Assembly (NCBI GenBank): GCA_965200625.1
Contig: OZ241375.1
Span: 2,226,699-2,290,698 of the forward strand
Length of the DNA stretch: 64,000 nt
Direction of reading: 5' to 3'
Source: Dehalococcoidia bacterium
GTDB taxonomy: Bacteria > Chloroflexota > Dehalococcoidia > Bin125
Shown: positions 49,548 to 58,678 of the stretch, piece by piece
How the letters are laid out: each line of letters starts with the position of its first letter
Numbering within the stretch: the stretch's first letter is position 1
The notes under the pieces: generated by a model
The model's input: the letters and a program-made list of their open reading frames with translations, nothing else
What the model was told of the DNA's origin: nothing
The model's database searches: none
Made by a program: the position numbers and the translations under genes

Positions 49548-51032
49548 TCAGCCGTGCTTCTGCACATTAGGAAACAGAGCGGCGGCGTCCGCGTTGCGTC
49601 CGTTCGAACTGGCAGGATGCGTCCCGTTGGGCGCCGGCGGGTGCGACTGCGGCTTCGTGATCGAGAGCGACCAGCGGCGCAGGCGCTCGGCCTGGTCGCG
49701 GCGGTGGGCGGCGCGCCAGAGCAGCCAGAGCGCCACGCCCAGCGTCGCGCAGACCAGCAGGGGCAGCGCGCCGATCCCGGCCTGGAAGGAGACCTGATCG
49801 ATGATCGGCCCGCTCGTGACCAGCATCCCGCTCATCGCCAGTCCGCCGGCGAGCGAGAAGATCGAGAGCACTGTGGCCCGCTGATCGGAGGTGATCCGCC
49901 GATTGATGTAGCCCGTCGCGATCGGCCGGATCGCGGCCTGGGCGATGCTGACCAGGAAGATCACCCCCAACATGCCGAGGTGGTTCCAGATCATCAGCGG
50001 GATCAGCATGATCGCGCCGTAGAGCATGATCGCGGGGAAGCTGCGCCGCTCGCCGAGACGGCCGATCAACCAGGCGGCGGCGAGCATCCCCAGCATCGTG
50101 CCGAGGTAGGCGGGGATCAGCGCCGCCGAGAAGAGGACACCTTCGCTGAGGCTCGTCATCGGGTCGAGGCTGTGCTCAACCCGCACCCAGAGCTGGGTGA
50201 AGAAGCGCGGCATGTCGAAGAGCGCGATCAGCAGGGCGGCGAAGGGAATCAGGAAGCGCACCGGGCGAATCCGCCAGACCATGCGCAGGCCCTGGACGAC
50301 CTCGGCAAAGATCGGAATCCCGCCCCGCTCCGTCGTAGACTCGACCGCTTGGTCGTGCGCCGTGTGCCGCCCGCCCCCCGGGGGCGCGTGCAGCAGATCG
50401 GGCGCGTACTCCGACTCGCGCCGCGGCGGCTCGCGCAGCAGCAGCGCGGCGACCGCGGAGACCAGGAAGAAGGCGGCGGACACGATGATCGCGGCGGAGT
50501 AGCCAATCGCGTAGGAGAGCGGTCCGCCGACCGCCGTGGCGAGGATCATCATCAGCCAGAACAGCCCTTGCGAGCGGCCGTGGTGGCGCTCGTACTCGCT
50601 GGTCCGGCCGAGGATGCGCAGGGTGTCGTAGAGCAGCGCTTCCGACGCGCCCGAGTAGAGCGTCATCGCAATGCCCAACACAAGGTAGGAGCCGAACAGG
50701 ATCGGCACGGTCGAGGCGAGGGCGAAGATCGCGGTGGCGACCGCGAAGAGCAGCGCGCCCAGCGCGAGGGAGATCCGCCGCCCGAACCGATCCGCGACCG
50801 CGCCGGTGGGGACTTCGCAGATCACCAGCGTCAGCCAGAAGACGCTCTCGAAGATCGAAATCTGGCTGATCGACAGGCCGCGGGCGTCGTGCAGGTAGAC
50901 CATCCAGATCGGCAGGAAGATCATGAACCCGGTCGCGGCCATGAAGAAGTAGTAGACGCGGAGATTGCGTCGGTAACGCTGCGGGTCGGCGCGGGACGCG
51001 GCTGGCGGACGAGGTGGAGCGGAGGCGGACAT
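49548..51032 (-). CDS. MFS transporter, tandem paralog 3.
   Basis: NLRVYYFFMAATGFMIFLPIWMVYLH...ICEVPTGAVADRFGRR. Confidence 0.8.
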   Translation of the reverse strand: MSASAPPRPPAASRADPQRYRRNLRVYYFFMAATGFMIFLPIWMVYLHDARGLSISQISIFESVFWLTLVICEVPTGAVADRFGRRISLALGALLFAVATAIFALASTVPILFGSYLVLGIAMTLYSGASEALLYDTLRILGRTSEYERHHGRSQGLFWLMMILATAVGGPLSYAIGYSAAIIVSAAFFLVSAVAALLLREPPRRESEYAPDLLHAPPGGGRHTAHDQAVESTTERGGIPIFAEVVQGLRMVWRIRPVRFLIPFAALLIALFDMPRFFTQLWVRVEHSLDPMTSLSEGVLFSAALIPAYLGTMLGMLAAAWLIGRLGERRSFPAIMLYGAIMLIPLMIWNHLGMLGVIFLVSIAQAAIRPIATGYINRRITSDQRATVLSIFSLAGGLAMSGMLVTSGPIIDQVSFQAGIGALPLLVCATLGVALWLLWRAAHRRDQAERLRRWSLSITKPQSHPPAPNGTHPASSNGRNADAAALFPNVQKHG

Positions 51033-51038
51033 GCGCGC

Positions 51039-51782
51039 TCAGGATATCGGTAGGTCTTGAGCGGCAGAGAGCGGCCGCCGCCGGATCTGGTTCCAGGGGC
51101 GTGGATAGCGCGGCGCGGTGAGGCGCAGCTGGGTCGCGACGACGAGGCCGGCGGGTGGATCGAGCGGCGTCAGCGTTGCGCCCAGCGCGGCGGCGACGCC
51201 CGCCAGCCGTGCGCGTTCCCGCGCCGACAGCGCGCCCGTCCAGAGGGCGGCCACGCCGCCGACCTGGAGGAAGGGGAGCATCAGCTCCAGGGCGACGGCC
51301 GGCGGCGCGGCGGCGCGGCTCAGGACGAGCGCGAAGCGCGCGCGGTCATCGCTGTGCGCGGCGCGCTCGGCGCGTTCCTGCCGGATGCTGAGCTGCGGGG
51401 TGTCCAGTTGGGTCACGACTCCGCGCAGAAAGTCGGCGGTGCCGGCCCGCGCATCGAGCAGCACCGCGGCGCGGTCCGGTTCGCAGAGCGCGAACGGCAG
51501 TCCGGGCGCGCCGTTGCCGCTGCCGATGTCGAGCAGCGGGCCGTGCGGCACGGGTAGATCCGCGCCGAGCAGGCGGTGCCGCCCGACGAGCGGCTCGAGC
51601 ACGTGCTTGGCAATCGCCGCGCGCGGGTCGCGGATTGCGGTCAGATTGCGCGGCGCGGCGAGCAACTGGTCAAGCCAAAGGGCGAGCTGCGCGGGCAGTT
51701 CGGGGTTGAGCGCCTGCGTATAGGCGAGGCCGGCGCGCTCGAGCGATTGCTGAATCTGGCGGGGATCGACGTAGCGAGGCAT
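51039..51782 (-). CDS. rsmG: 16S rRNA (guanine527-N7)-methyltransferase RsmG (GidB).
   Basis: ATG at 51782 gives MPRYVDPRQIQQSLERAGL...LLDIGSGNGAPGLPFAL... (SAM-binding motif), 247 aa. The 860 aa ORF-track entry (to 53621) is antisense read-through of the two + genes. Confidence 0.8.
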   Translation of the reverse strand: MPRYVDPRQIQQSLERAGLAYTQALNPELPAQLALWLDQLLAAPRNLTAIRDPRAAIAKHVLEPLVGRHRLLGADLPVPHGPLLDIGSGNGAPGLPFALCEPDRAAVLLDARAGTADFLRGVVTQLDTPQLSIRQERAERAAHSDDRARFALVLSRAAAPPAVALELMLPFLQVGGVAALWTGALSARERARLAGVAAALGATLTPLDPPAGLVVATQLRLTAPRYPRPWNQIRRRPLSAAQDLPIS

Positions 51783-51908
51783 CAATAAGGGGGTAGGATA
51801 GAGGCGTCGGAGCCTGGCGGCGCTCTGCCTGCGCCGCGTGTCAGGCCCGGTCAGTGACAGCCGCGGCGCGAATCGGCCGGTTCGCTGCTCGAACGTTGGA
51901 GATGACCG

Positions 51909-52967
51909 ATGGCAAGCGTGGACGACCAGCAGACCCCCGACGTGCTGGACGAAGTCGATGACGACGTGGTCGAAGGCGACGCGGAGCCGTTCGACGAACC
52001 GGCTGCGACGGCGGTCGACAACGGCGCGGGCGCCAGTACGCCGATCACGCTGAGCGCGGCGGTGATGGAGTACTTCAGCTGGGAGGAAGAGCGCGAGGCC
52101 AAGCGGACGCGGCGCAAGACGACCAACAGCGCCCGCTCGCGGCGGAGCGTGTTCGTGCTCGACAAACCCGCGCGCGAGGCGGTCGCCCGCTTCCTCGGCC
52201 ACTTCGGCCCGGACACGCCGCTCGCCGAATTGTCGCCGAAGTCGATGGAGAGCTTCCAGGAGACGATCGGCGTCAAGGCCATGGGCCTGGAGGCGCGGCT
52301 GCAGCCGGTGAAGGAATTCCTGCGCTATTGCTGGAAGCAGGAATACACCGTCAGCTTCGACGCGGCGGGGCGGGCGACCGCCCAGAACCTGGGCAACTTC
52401 CTGCGGATCAAGCGTCCGGCCACGGTCGTCAGGGGTAAGTCTCAGTTCCAGCATGAGCAGGCGGAGACGTTTGAGATGACGGCGGAGGGTCTGCAAAATC
52501 TGCACAAGGAGTTGGAGGAGCTGAACGAGAAGATGCCCAAGCTGGTGGAGGACGTCGCGGCGGCGCGCGAAGACAAGGACATCCGCGAGAACGCCCCGCT
52601 GGAAGAAGCGCGCAAGGACCTGGGGGAGAATCAGTCGCGGATCAATGATCTCCATTACCAGATCGCGCGCGCCGTCGTCCCCGAGCAGCGAGCGAGCGAC
52701 CGCGCCCAGCTGGGCAGCGTGGTCTCGGTCGTCGAGCTCGACGAGCACGGCGGGTCTCTGGGCGAGGCCAGAGAGTACACTTTGGTGGGAACCACAGAGG
52801 CGAACGCAGCGGAGCGGCGGATCTCGGTCGAGAGCCCGCTGGGCCGCGGGCTGCTCGATCAGCCTGCCGACCGGCAGATTGAAATCCAGGCCCCCAACGG
52901 CCGCAGGCGGTTCCGCTTGCTCTCGGTCAAGGACAGCCCGCCTGCCGAGCCGAGCGAAAGCGACTGA
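51909..52967 (+). CDS. GreA/GreB-family transcription elongation factor homolog with a ~190 aa N-terminal extension.
   Basis: C-terminal half LQNLHKELEELNEKMPKLVEDVAAAREDKDIRENAPLEEARKDLGENQSRINDLHYQIARAVV...ISVESPLGRGLL...IEIQAPNGRRRFRLLSV matches the GreA coiled-coil plus FKBP-like domains. The N-terminal part (acidic stretch, then FLGHFGPDTPLAELSPKSMESFQETIGVKAMGLEARLQPVKEFLRYCW) resembles an integrase-type SAM-like/core-binding fold. Confidence 0.7.
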   Translation: MASVDDQQTPDVLDEVDDDVVEGDAEPFDEPAATAVDNGAGASTPITLSAAVMEYFSWEEEREAKRTRRKTTNSARSRRSVFVLDKPAREAVARFLGHFGPDTPLAELSPKSMESFQETIGVKAMGLEARLQPVKEFLRYCWKQEYTVSFDAAGRATAQNLGNFLRIKRPATVVRGKSQFQHEQAETFEMTAEGLQNLHKELEELNEKMPKLVEDVAAAREDKDIRENAPLEEARKDLGENQSRINDLHYQIARAVVPEQRASDRAQLGSVVSVVELDEHGGSLGEAREYTLVGTTEANAAERRISVESPLGRGLLDQPADRQIEIQAPNGRRRFRLLSVKDSPPAEPSESD

Positions 52968-53024
52968 GCGAGATGACCTGCATCCCCTGCGTACCGGGAT
53001 GCGCCGATCATCTACCTGGTTACG

Positions 53025-54218
53025 GTGCGCATGGGGAAAGGGACGCCGGTGTCTGACATTCCGACCATTGAGTTCACGATCACCAACGCCAATCTCGATA
53101 CTGGCCTGCGCGGTTACCCGGTCGGGACGTGCGAAACCAGTTACGTCGATCCGCAAGACGGCGTCTCCTACGTTGGCTACCCGATCGCGGAACTCGCCTT
53201 CCTGCCCGCCGAAGACATCATCCATCTGCTCTTCAACAAGTCGCTGCCAACCGACGTCGAGCGGCAGGCCGTGGCCGACGATATCGCGGAGCGCTCGGAG
53301 GTCTCGGAGGACGCGCTGGCCGCGATCGCGGCGCTGCCGATGGCGGGCCATCCGATGGACCTCTTCTGTGCCGCCATCCAGATTCTGGGGATGACCGGCA
53401 AGACTGACGACTACTACGAGGACGCGCTCAACCTGGTCGCGCGGATTCCGACGGCGCTGGCCGCGATCTTCCGCAAGCGCGAGGGCTGGGGCGAGCTGAT
53501 CGCTTCGGAGCCGGGGCGCGGCTACGTCAACAACTTCGTCCACATGCTGGGCATGCCGGGCGGCGACGAAGCGGCGCTGACCCGTCTGCTCTCGGTCTAC
53601 TACAACCTGCACGCCGATCACGGCGGCGGCAATCTCTCCACCTTCACCGGCCGCGCGGTCGCCTCAGGGCTGGCCGACATGTACCGCTCGATGGCGTCGG
53701 GCATGAACGCGCTCGCCGGGCCGCGTCACGGGATGGCCAACCAGGACGCCTTCAAGATGGTGCGCGAGGTGAACACGACCGATCCCGCCGAGGCCACCGA
53801 GATTCTGCGCAAGCGGCTCGCCGACGGCGGGCTGATCTTCGGCTTCGGCCACGCGGTGCTGCGCCAGGAAGACCCGCGCGCGAAGGTGCAGCTGGGCGTC
53901 GGCGAAGAGCTCTGCCCGGATGATTACTGGTTCAACGTGGTCAAGGCCGTGCGCGAGGGCGGGATCACTGTGCTGGGCGAGAACCCCAAGGTCTCCAACC
54001 CGTACCCCAACGTCGACCTGATCTCCGGCAGCCTGGTCAACGCGCTCGGCTTCACCGACCCGGACTACTACACGACGCTGTTCGGCTGGTCGCGGATCGC
54101 CGGGATCGGCGCGCAGATCGTGGACGAGCGCACGCGCGCGCGCAACGGGCGCGGCGTGGCCATCTACCGGCCCCGCTACATCCCGATCAACCAGCCCACC
54201 CGCTCGCTCGCGGATTAG
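53025..54218 (+). CDS. Citrate synthase family protein (citrate or 2-methylcitrate synthase).
   Basis: LHADHGGGNLSTFTGR, GPRHGMANQ and GFGHAVLRQEDPRA are the canonical citrate synthase active-site regions. Confidence 0.85.
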   Translation: MRMGKGTPVSDIPTIEFTITNANLDTGLRGYPVGTCETSYVDPQDGVSYVGYPIAELAFLPAEDIIHLLFNKSLPTDVERQAVADDIAERSEVSEDALAAIAALPMAGHPMDLFCAAIQILGMTGKTDDYYEDALNLVARIPTALAAIFRKREGWGELIASEPGRGYVNNFVHMLGMPGGDEAALTRLLSVYYNLHADHGGGNLSTFTGRAVASGLADMYRSMASGMNALAGPRHGMANQDAFKMVREVNTTDPAEATEILRKRLADGGLIFGFGHAVLRQEDPRAKVQLGVGEELCPDDYWFNVVKAVREGGITVLGENPKVSNPYPNVDLISGSLVNALGFTDPDYYTTLFGWSRIAGIGAQIVDERTRARNGRGVAIYRPRYIPINQPTRSLAD

Positions 54219-54343
54219 GCGGGATACGTAATCAACCAGTCCGCGGATGCGGGGATAGCCTCTGTCGCGGGGCTGGGTTAGGATCGGAGATCGACCGCGC
54301 CTCACCTCCGGGGCGCGGCTGAGCGAGAGGCGAACAGGTAGCC

Positions 54344-55480
54344 ATGCCCACGCTGGAGTCGGCGAGGCAGAAGCGCGGCAGTGTCCTTCAGCAGATCGCT
54401 GAAGCGTCCTACGGCTATCCCAACGCCGAGTTCCCCGACCGCGAAGTGACGACCAACTTCCCCGCGGAACAGCTCGGCGTGCGGGTGCGCTCGGGCGGCT
54501 GGCTCTACCCCGACATCGTCGTGACCGATGAGCCGGGCCACTTCATCGCCCTCGCCGGCGACCTCGCGCTGACCCATGAGGTCAACAACGAGACCGCGCT
54601 CGAGCGCTGGAAGCCGCTCGCCCAGACCGCGCCGCTCGTGCTCTACGTGCCGATGGGCCAGAGCGGCCGCGCGATCCGCCTCTGCCGGCTGAACGGGATC
54701 AAGCTGCACAAGCTGGTCGCCTACCGCCAGCGGCCGGCCGGTTTCGGGATCGACCTGCAGGAGGCCTACAGCGGCCCCGACCTGTTCAAACCGATCGCCG
54801 CCCTGCTGCCGCCGGCGCTGCGGCCGATGGCCTACCGCGATGAGCGCAAGGTCGTCGCGGACAGCTACCTTCAGCCTTTGCCGGCCGCGCGCAGCGGCGA
54901 CGTGCCCGCGCTGGCCGCGCCCGCTCCGCAGCCGGCGGCGACGCTGGCCCTGCCCTCCGGGCTGGGAGACGAGCACGGCGACGCCCACGCCGATCATGCC
55001 GGCCATGACTCACCCGAGACGCATCTGCCGCCGCCGAGTCTTGCGCCCGTGCTCTTCGCGCTGGGACTGATCGTGACCGCCGCCGGCGGGATTTTCGTCG
55101 GCGAGCTGCTCAGCGTCGGGATCACGCTGATCTTCCTCTCGGCGGTGCGCTGGTTCATGGAAGACATGGGCTACTTCGAGGCCGGCGGGCCGGCGGAATT
55201 CCGCCAGCATCCGCTGCCGGTGATGCCCGACGTCTCGCCGCCGCCCGGCATCCATATGCCGCCCCCTAGCCTGTCCCCGCTCCTCTTCGCCGTCGGCCTG
55301 ATCATGACGGGCGCCGGCGCTGTCTTCACCGACCAGGTGTTGGGCGCCGGGATCACGCTGCTCGTCTTCGGCGGCGTTGGCTGGTTCCTGGAAGACATTC
55401 GCTACTTTGAGGAGCCGGTCCACGACGAGCACCACAGCGAGCATGACGCGGAGGCCCCGCTCATGCCGAACGCGGACTAA
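54344..55480 (+). CDS. Cox-locus-associated membrane protein. It has an N-terminal soluble domain plus an internally duplicated 2-TM module with His-rich linkers, function unknown.
   Basis: Two consecutive ~55 aa repeats: HLPPPSLAPVLFALGLIVTAAGGIFVGELLSVGITLIFLSAVRWFMEDMGYFE and HMPPPSLSPLLFAVGLIMTGAGAVFTDQVLGAGITLLVFGGVGWFLEDIRYFE. They are flanked by GDEHGDAHADHAGHD and VHDEHHSEHDAE. The gene lies immediately upstream of ctaC. Confidence 0.6.
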   Translation: MPTLESARQKRGSVLQQIAEASYGYPNAEFPDREVTTNFPAEQLGVRVRSGGWLYPDIVVTDEPGHFIALAGDLALTHEVNNETALERWKPLAQTAPLVLYVPMGQSGRAIRLCRLNGIKLHKLVAYRQRPAGFGIDLQEAYSGPDLFKPIAALLPPALRPMAYRDERKVVADSYLQPLPAARSGDVPALAAPAPQPAATLALPSGLGDEHGDAHADHAGHDSPETHLPPPSLAPVLFALGLIVTAAGGIFVGELLSVGITLIFLSAVRWFMEDMGYFEAGGPAEFRQHPLPVMPDVSPPPGIHMPPPSLSPLLFAVGLIMTGAGAVFTDQVLGAGITLLVFGGVGWFLEDIRYFEEPVHDEHHSEHDAEAPLMPNAD

Positions 55481-55550
55481 TGCACAGAGCGCCCGCGAGC
55501 AGCGGAGACCGCGGCGGGTTGAAACCGGGAGAGAAGGGAGCGGGCGCGTG

Positions 55551-56900
55551 ATGGCATATCAACGGCTGTGGCGAACCCGATTTGGTCGGCTCACGCTCGT
55601 CATGGGCGCCGCCGCGCTGGGGCTGCTGGCGCTCTCCGGCCTGGCCGGCGCGCAGGTCGCCCTGCCTGAGGCGGTGACCGAGCAGGGCGACTCGATTCGC
55701 GCCCTGTTCTTCGTCGTCCTCGCCATTGGCGTGATCGTCTTCATCATCGTCGAGGCGATGATCCTCTGGGTCGTCTTCCGCTACAAGCGCAAGTCCGACG
55801 AAGAACTGCCCACCCAGGTCGCCCACAACACCACCGCCGAGATCCTCTGGACCGGCATCCCCACAGTCATCGTCGTCGTGCTCTTCATCGTCTCCTTGTT
55901 CGTCCTCCAGGACATCCAGGCCGCTGCTGACCCGGATGAGGAAGTCGTGATCGTTGACGTCCAGGGCCGCCAGTGGGCCTGGGCGTTCAACTACGCCGTC
56001 CCGCTCGGCACCGAGTTGGCCGAAAACATCTCGGCGGATCCGGCCCAGACGGAGATTCACCTGGAAGACCCGTCGCTGGTCGTGCCGTTCATGACGCTCA
56101 AGCTCGGGGTGGAGCACATGCGCGTCGTGGCGCGCACCGGCGATGTGGTGACCGTCGAGCGCGCGGTCAACGGCACCGTGCCCATCCGGCACCGCGCCGG
56201 GACGGCGGTGATGCGTTCCTTCAACGGCACCGACACGGTCGCCGAGGGCCGCCTCCAGTCCGCCGACAACACGCCCATCGTGACGGTGCCGGTCGGCACC
56301 ATGATCCGCTTCAACATCGCCTCGGCCGACGTCCTGCACGCCTTCTACACGCCGCAGTTCCTGACCAAGCTCGACGCGGTACCCGGCCGCGTGCAGACGC
56401 TCTGGGTGCGGATCACCGACGCCGGCGACTTCATCAGTCAGTGCGCCGAGTTCTGCGGCCGCGACCACGCGCGGATGATCTACACCGTCCGCGCCCTGCC
56501 GCCGGCTGACTATGACGCCTGGTTCACGGCCAAGGCGGGCGAAGCGCCCGCGCCGATCGAGGGCGACTTCGGCGGCGAGGAAGAGGTGGAGCAGGAAGAG
56601 GGCGCGATTGGCAACCCGACCAATGGCCAGAACCTCTTCTTCTCGCTCGGTTGCAACGTCTGCCACGGCGACACCGGCGAGGGTCTGGTCGGGCCGACCA
56701 TTGCCCAGACCATCGTCTCGCTGGAGCGGGTGATCCAGCAGTACCGCGATCCGCTGGAGACGATGCAGGAGTTCCCGCCGGACAAGGTCTCGGACGAGGA
56801 AATCGCCGATATCTACGCCTGGCTGCAAACGGTCCCGCGCCCGCCGGACGCGGCCGTGATTCCGAGCAAACTGGCTGAACTGGTTGAAGCCGGCGGCTAA
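55551..56900 (+). CDS. ctaC: Cytochrome c oxidase subunit II fused to a C-terminal cytochrome c domain (caa3-type).
   Basis: Signal/TM MAYQRLWRTRFGRLTLVMGAAALGLL. CuA site HAFYTPQF...SQCAEFCGRDHARM. C-terminal heme c motif CNVCH. RBS GAGAAGGGAG before ATG 55551; the ORF-track start at 55377 is an upstream extension. Confidence 0.9.
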   Translation: MAYQRLWRTRFGRLTLVMGAAALGLLALSGLAGAQVALPEAVTEQGDSIRALFFVVLAIGVIVFIIVEAMILWVVFRYKRKSDEELPTQVAHNTTAEILWTGIPTVIVVVLFIVSLFVLQDIQAAADPDEEVVIVDVQGRQWAWAFNYAVPLGTELAENISADPAQTEIHLEDPSLVVPFMTLKLGVEHMRVVARTGDVVTVERAVNGTVPIRHRAGTAVMRSFNGTDTVAEGRLQSADNTPIVTVPVGTMIRFNIASADVLHAFYTPQFLTKLDAVPGRVQTLWVRITDAGDFISQCAEFCGRDHARMIYTVRALPPADYDAWFTAKAGEAPAPIEGDFGGEEEVEQEEGAIGNPTNGQNLFFSLGCNVCHGDTGEGLVGPTIAQTIVSLERVIQQYRDPLETMQEFPPDKVSDEEIADIYAWLQTVPRPPDAAVIPSKLAELVEAGG

Positions 56901-56948
56901 GCCCCGCCGCGGCGCAGAGCAGGGGATTACGCAGAGGGAGGCATCACG

Positions 56949-58676
56949 ATGGCGACACTGGCGGGGGCGCAGACCAGACCATATGCCGGCGCAAATGCCT
57001 GGCGCGCCGTGCTCGAGTGGCTGACCACGGTCGACCACAAGAAGATCGGCATCATGTACCTCTGGACGGCCGGGGCCTTCGGCCTCGTGGGCATGGCCTT
57101 CTCCCTCGTCATGCGCACCGAGCTCGCCCAGACCGGCACGATTATCTCGGCGGAGACCTACAACTCGATCTTCACAATGCACGGCAGCGTGATGATCTTC
57201 CTCTTCCTGTTGCCCGTCGGCGCGGCCTTCATGAACTACTCGATGCCGCTGCAAATCGGCGCGCTCGACATGGCCTTCCCGCGCATCAACGCGCTCTCCT
57301 TCTGGATTTTCCTCTTCGGCGGCGTGCTGCTCACGCTCAGCTTCGCGGTCGAGGGCGGCACCGCCTCCGCCGGCTGGACCGCCTACCCGCCCGTCACGCT
57401 CGACACCGGCAACAACGCCGAACCGCCCGGCGTCGGGATGGACATGTGGCTGGTCGGTGTGATCCTGTTGGGTCAGGCGTCGATCTTCGGGTCGGTGAAC
57501 TTCTTGGTCACGATCTTCAAGATGCGCGCGCCAGGGATGACCATGTGGCGGCTGCCGCTGTTCACATGGACGACGCTCGTCACCGGCCTGCTGATCCTCC
57601 TCTCGACCCCCGTCCTCGCCGCCGCCCTCGTGCTCGGATTCATTGACCGCAACGGCGCGGAGGGCGCATTCTTCGACCCCGCCGCCGGCGGCCAACCGCT
57701 GCTCTGGCAGAACCTCTTCTGGTTCTATTCGCACCCCGCCGTCTACATCATGATCTTGCCCGCGATGGGCATCGTCTCGGACGTCTTCGGCGTCTTCACG
57801 CGACGGCCGGTCTTCGGCTACCGCTCGATGGTGCTGGCGCTGGTCGGGATTGGGCTGCTCGGCTTCATCGTCTGGGCGCACCATATGTTCACGACCGGCG
57901 GCGTCTTCCTGCCCTTCTTCATGGGCGCGACCTTCCTGATCGCGGTGCCGACCGGGGTCAAGATGTTCAACTGGATCGCGACCATGTGGCGCGGCTCCAA
58001 CATTTTCCCGACTGCGATGCTGTTCAGCGTCGGCTTCCTCATGCTCTTCCTGATCGGCGGGATCACCGGCGTCTTCCACGCGGCGGTGCCGGTCGACTTC
58101 GCGCTGCACGACACCTACTTCGTCGTCGGCCACTTCCACTACACGATGTCCATCGCCGCGACCTTCGGCTTCCTCGCCGGCTGCTACTACTGGTTCCCGA
58201 AGATGTTCGGCAAGTTCATGAACGAGGGTCTGGGCAAGCTGCACTTCTGGCTGGTCTTCATCGGCGTCAACCTCGTCTTCTTCACCCAGCTGCTGCTCGG
58301 CCTGGACGGAATGCCGCGGCGGATCAACGACTACGTCGACAACCCCGGCTGGGAACTGATGAACATGCTGATCACGATCGGCGCGTTCATCTCCGCAGCG
58401 GGGATGATGGTCTTCCTCTACAACGTCTTCTACTCGCTCAAGTGGGGCGAGCGGGCCGGCGCGGACCCCTGGGAGGGCACCACGCTGGAGTGGGCGACGA
58501 CCTCGCCGCCGCCGCCGCACAACTTCGACTCGCTGCCCGAGATTCGCTCCGAGCGGCCGCTCTTCGACCTGCGCTTCGGTGAGAAGCTGCAGGACGACCC
58601 GCACTACCACGTCAACAACGGCCATAACGGCGGCGGCGCGAAACAGCCCTCCGCGCGTGCGCGGGAGGAGGGCTAA
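56949..58676 (+). CDS. ctaD: Cytochrome c oxidase subunit I (heme-copper oxidase catalytic subunit).
   Basis: MHGSVMIFLFLLP..., WAHHMFTTG and GHFHY...; the canonical 12-TM subunit I with its His ligands. 575 aa. Confidence 0.95.
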   Translation: MATLAGAQTRPYAGANAWRAVLEWLTTVDHKKIGIMYLWTAGAFGLVGMAFSLVMRTELAQTGTIISAETYNSIFTMHGSVMIFLFLLPVGAAFMNYSMPLQIGALDMAFPRINALSFWIFLFGGVLLTLSFAVEGGTASAGWTAYPPVTLDTGNNAEPPGVGMDMWLVGVILLGQASIFGSVNFLVTIFKMRAPGMTMWRLPLFTWTTLVTGLLILLSTPVLAAALVLGFIDRNGAEGAFFDPAAGGQPLLWQNLFWFYSHPAVYIMILPAMGIVSDVFGVFTRRPVFGYRSMVLALVGIGLLGFIVWAHHMFTTGGVFLPFFMGATFLIAVPTGVKMFNWIATMWRGSNIFPTAMLFSVGFLMLFLIGGITGVFHAAVPVDFALHDTYFVVGHFHYTMSIAATFGFLAGCYYWFPKMFGKFMNEGLGKLHFWLVFIGVNLVFFTQLLLGLDGMPRRINDYVDNPGWELMNMLITIGAFISAAGMMVFLYNVFYSLKWGERAGADPWEGTTLEWATTSPPPPHNFDSLPEIRSERPLFDLRFGEKLQDDPHYHVNNGHNGGGAKQPSARAREEG

Positions 58677-58678
58677 TC

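Noticed and set aside
54219-54343. The hairpin gcgcctcacctccggggcgc after citrate synthase as an intrinsic terminator.
   Set aside because: It has a short stem with a long loop and no U-tract, and it overlaps the likely promoter/RBS region of the downstream cox-associated gene. It was too weak to call.
55461-58625. A 1054 aa minus-strand ORF, plus other long ORFs such as 17991..20003 (+), 23543..25312 (-), 31985..34246 (+), 35980..37332 (+) and 49554..51053 (+).
   Set aside because: All lie opposite well-supported genes (ctaC/ctaD, PMM, DUF255, GT4, MFS). They translate to Arg/Gly/Asp/His-rich low-complexity sequence, which is the typical spurious antisense ORF of high-GC DNA.
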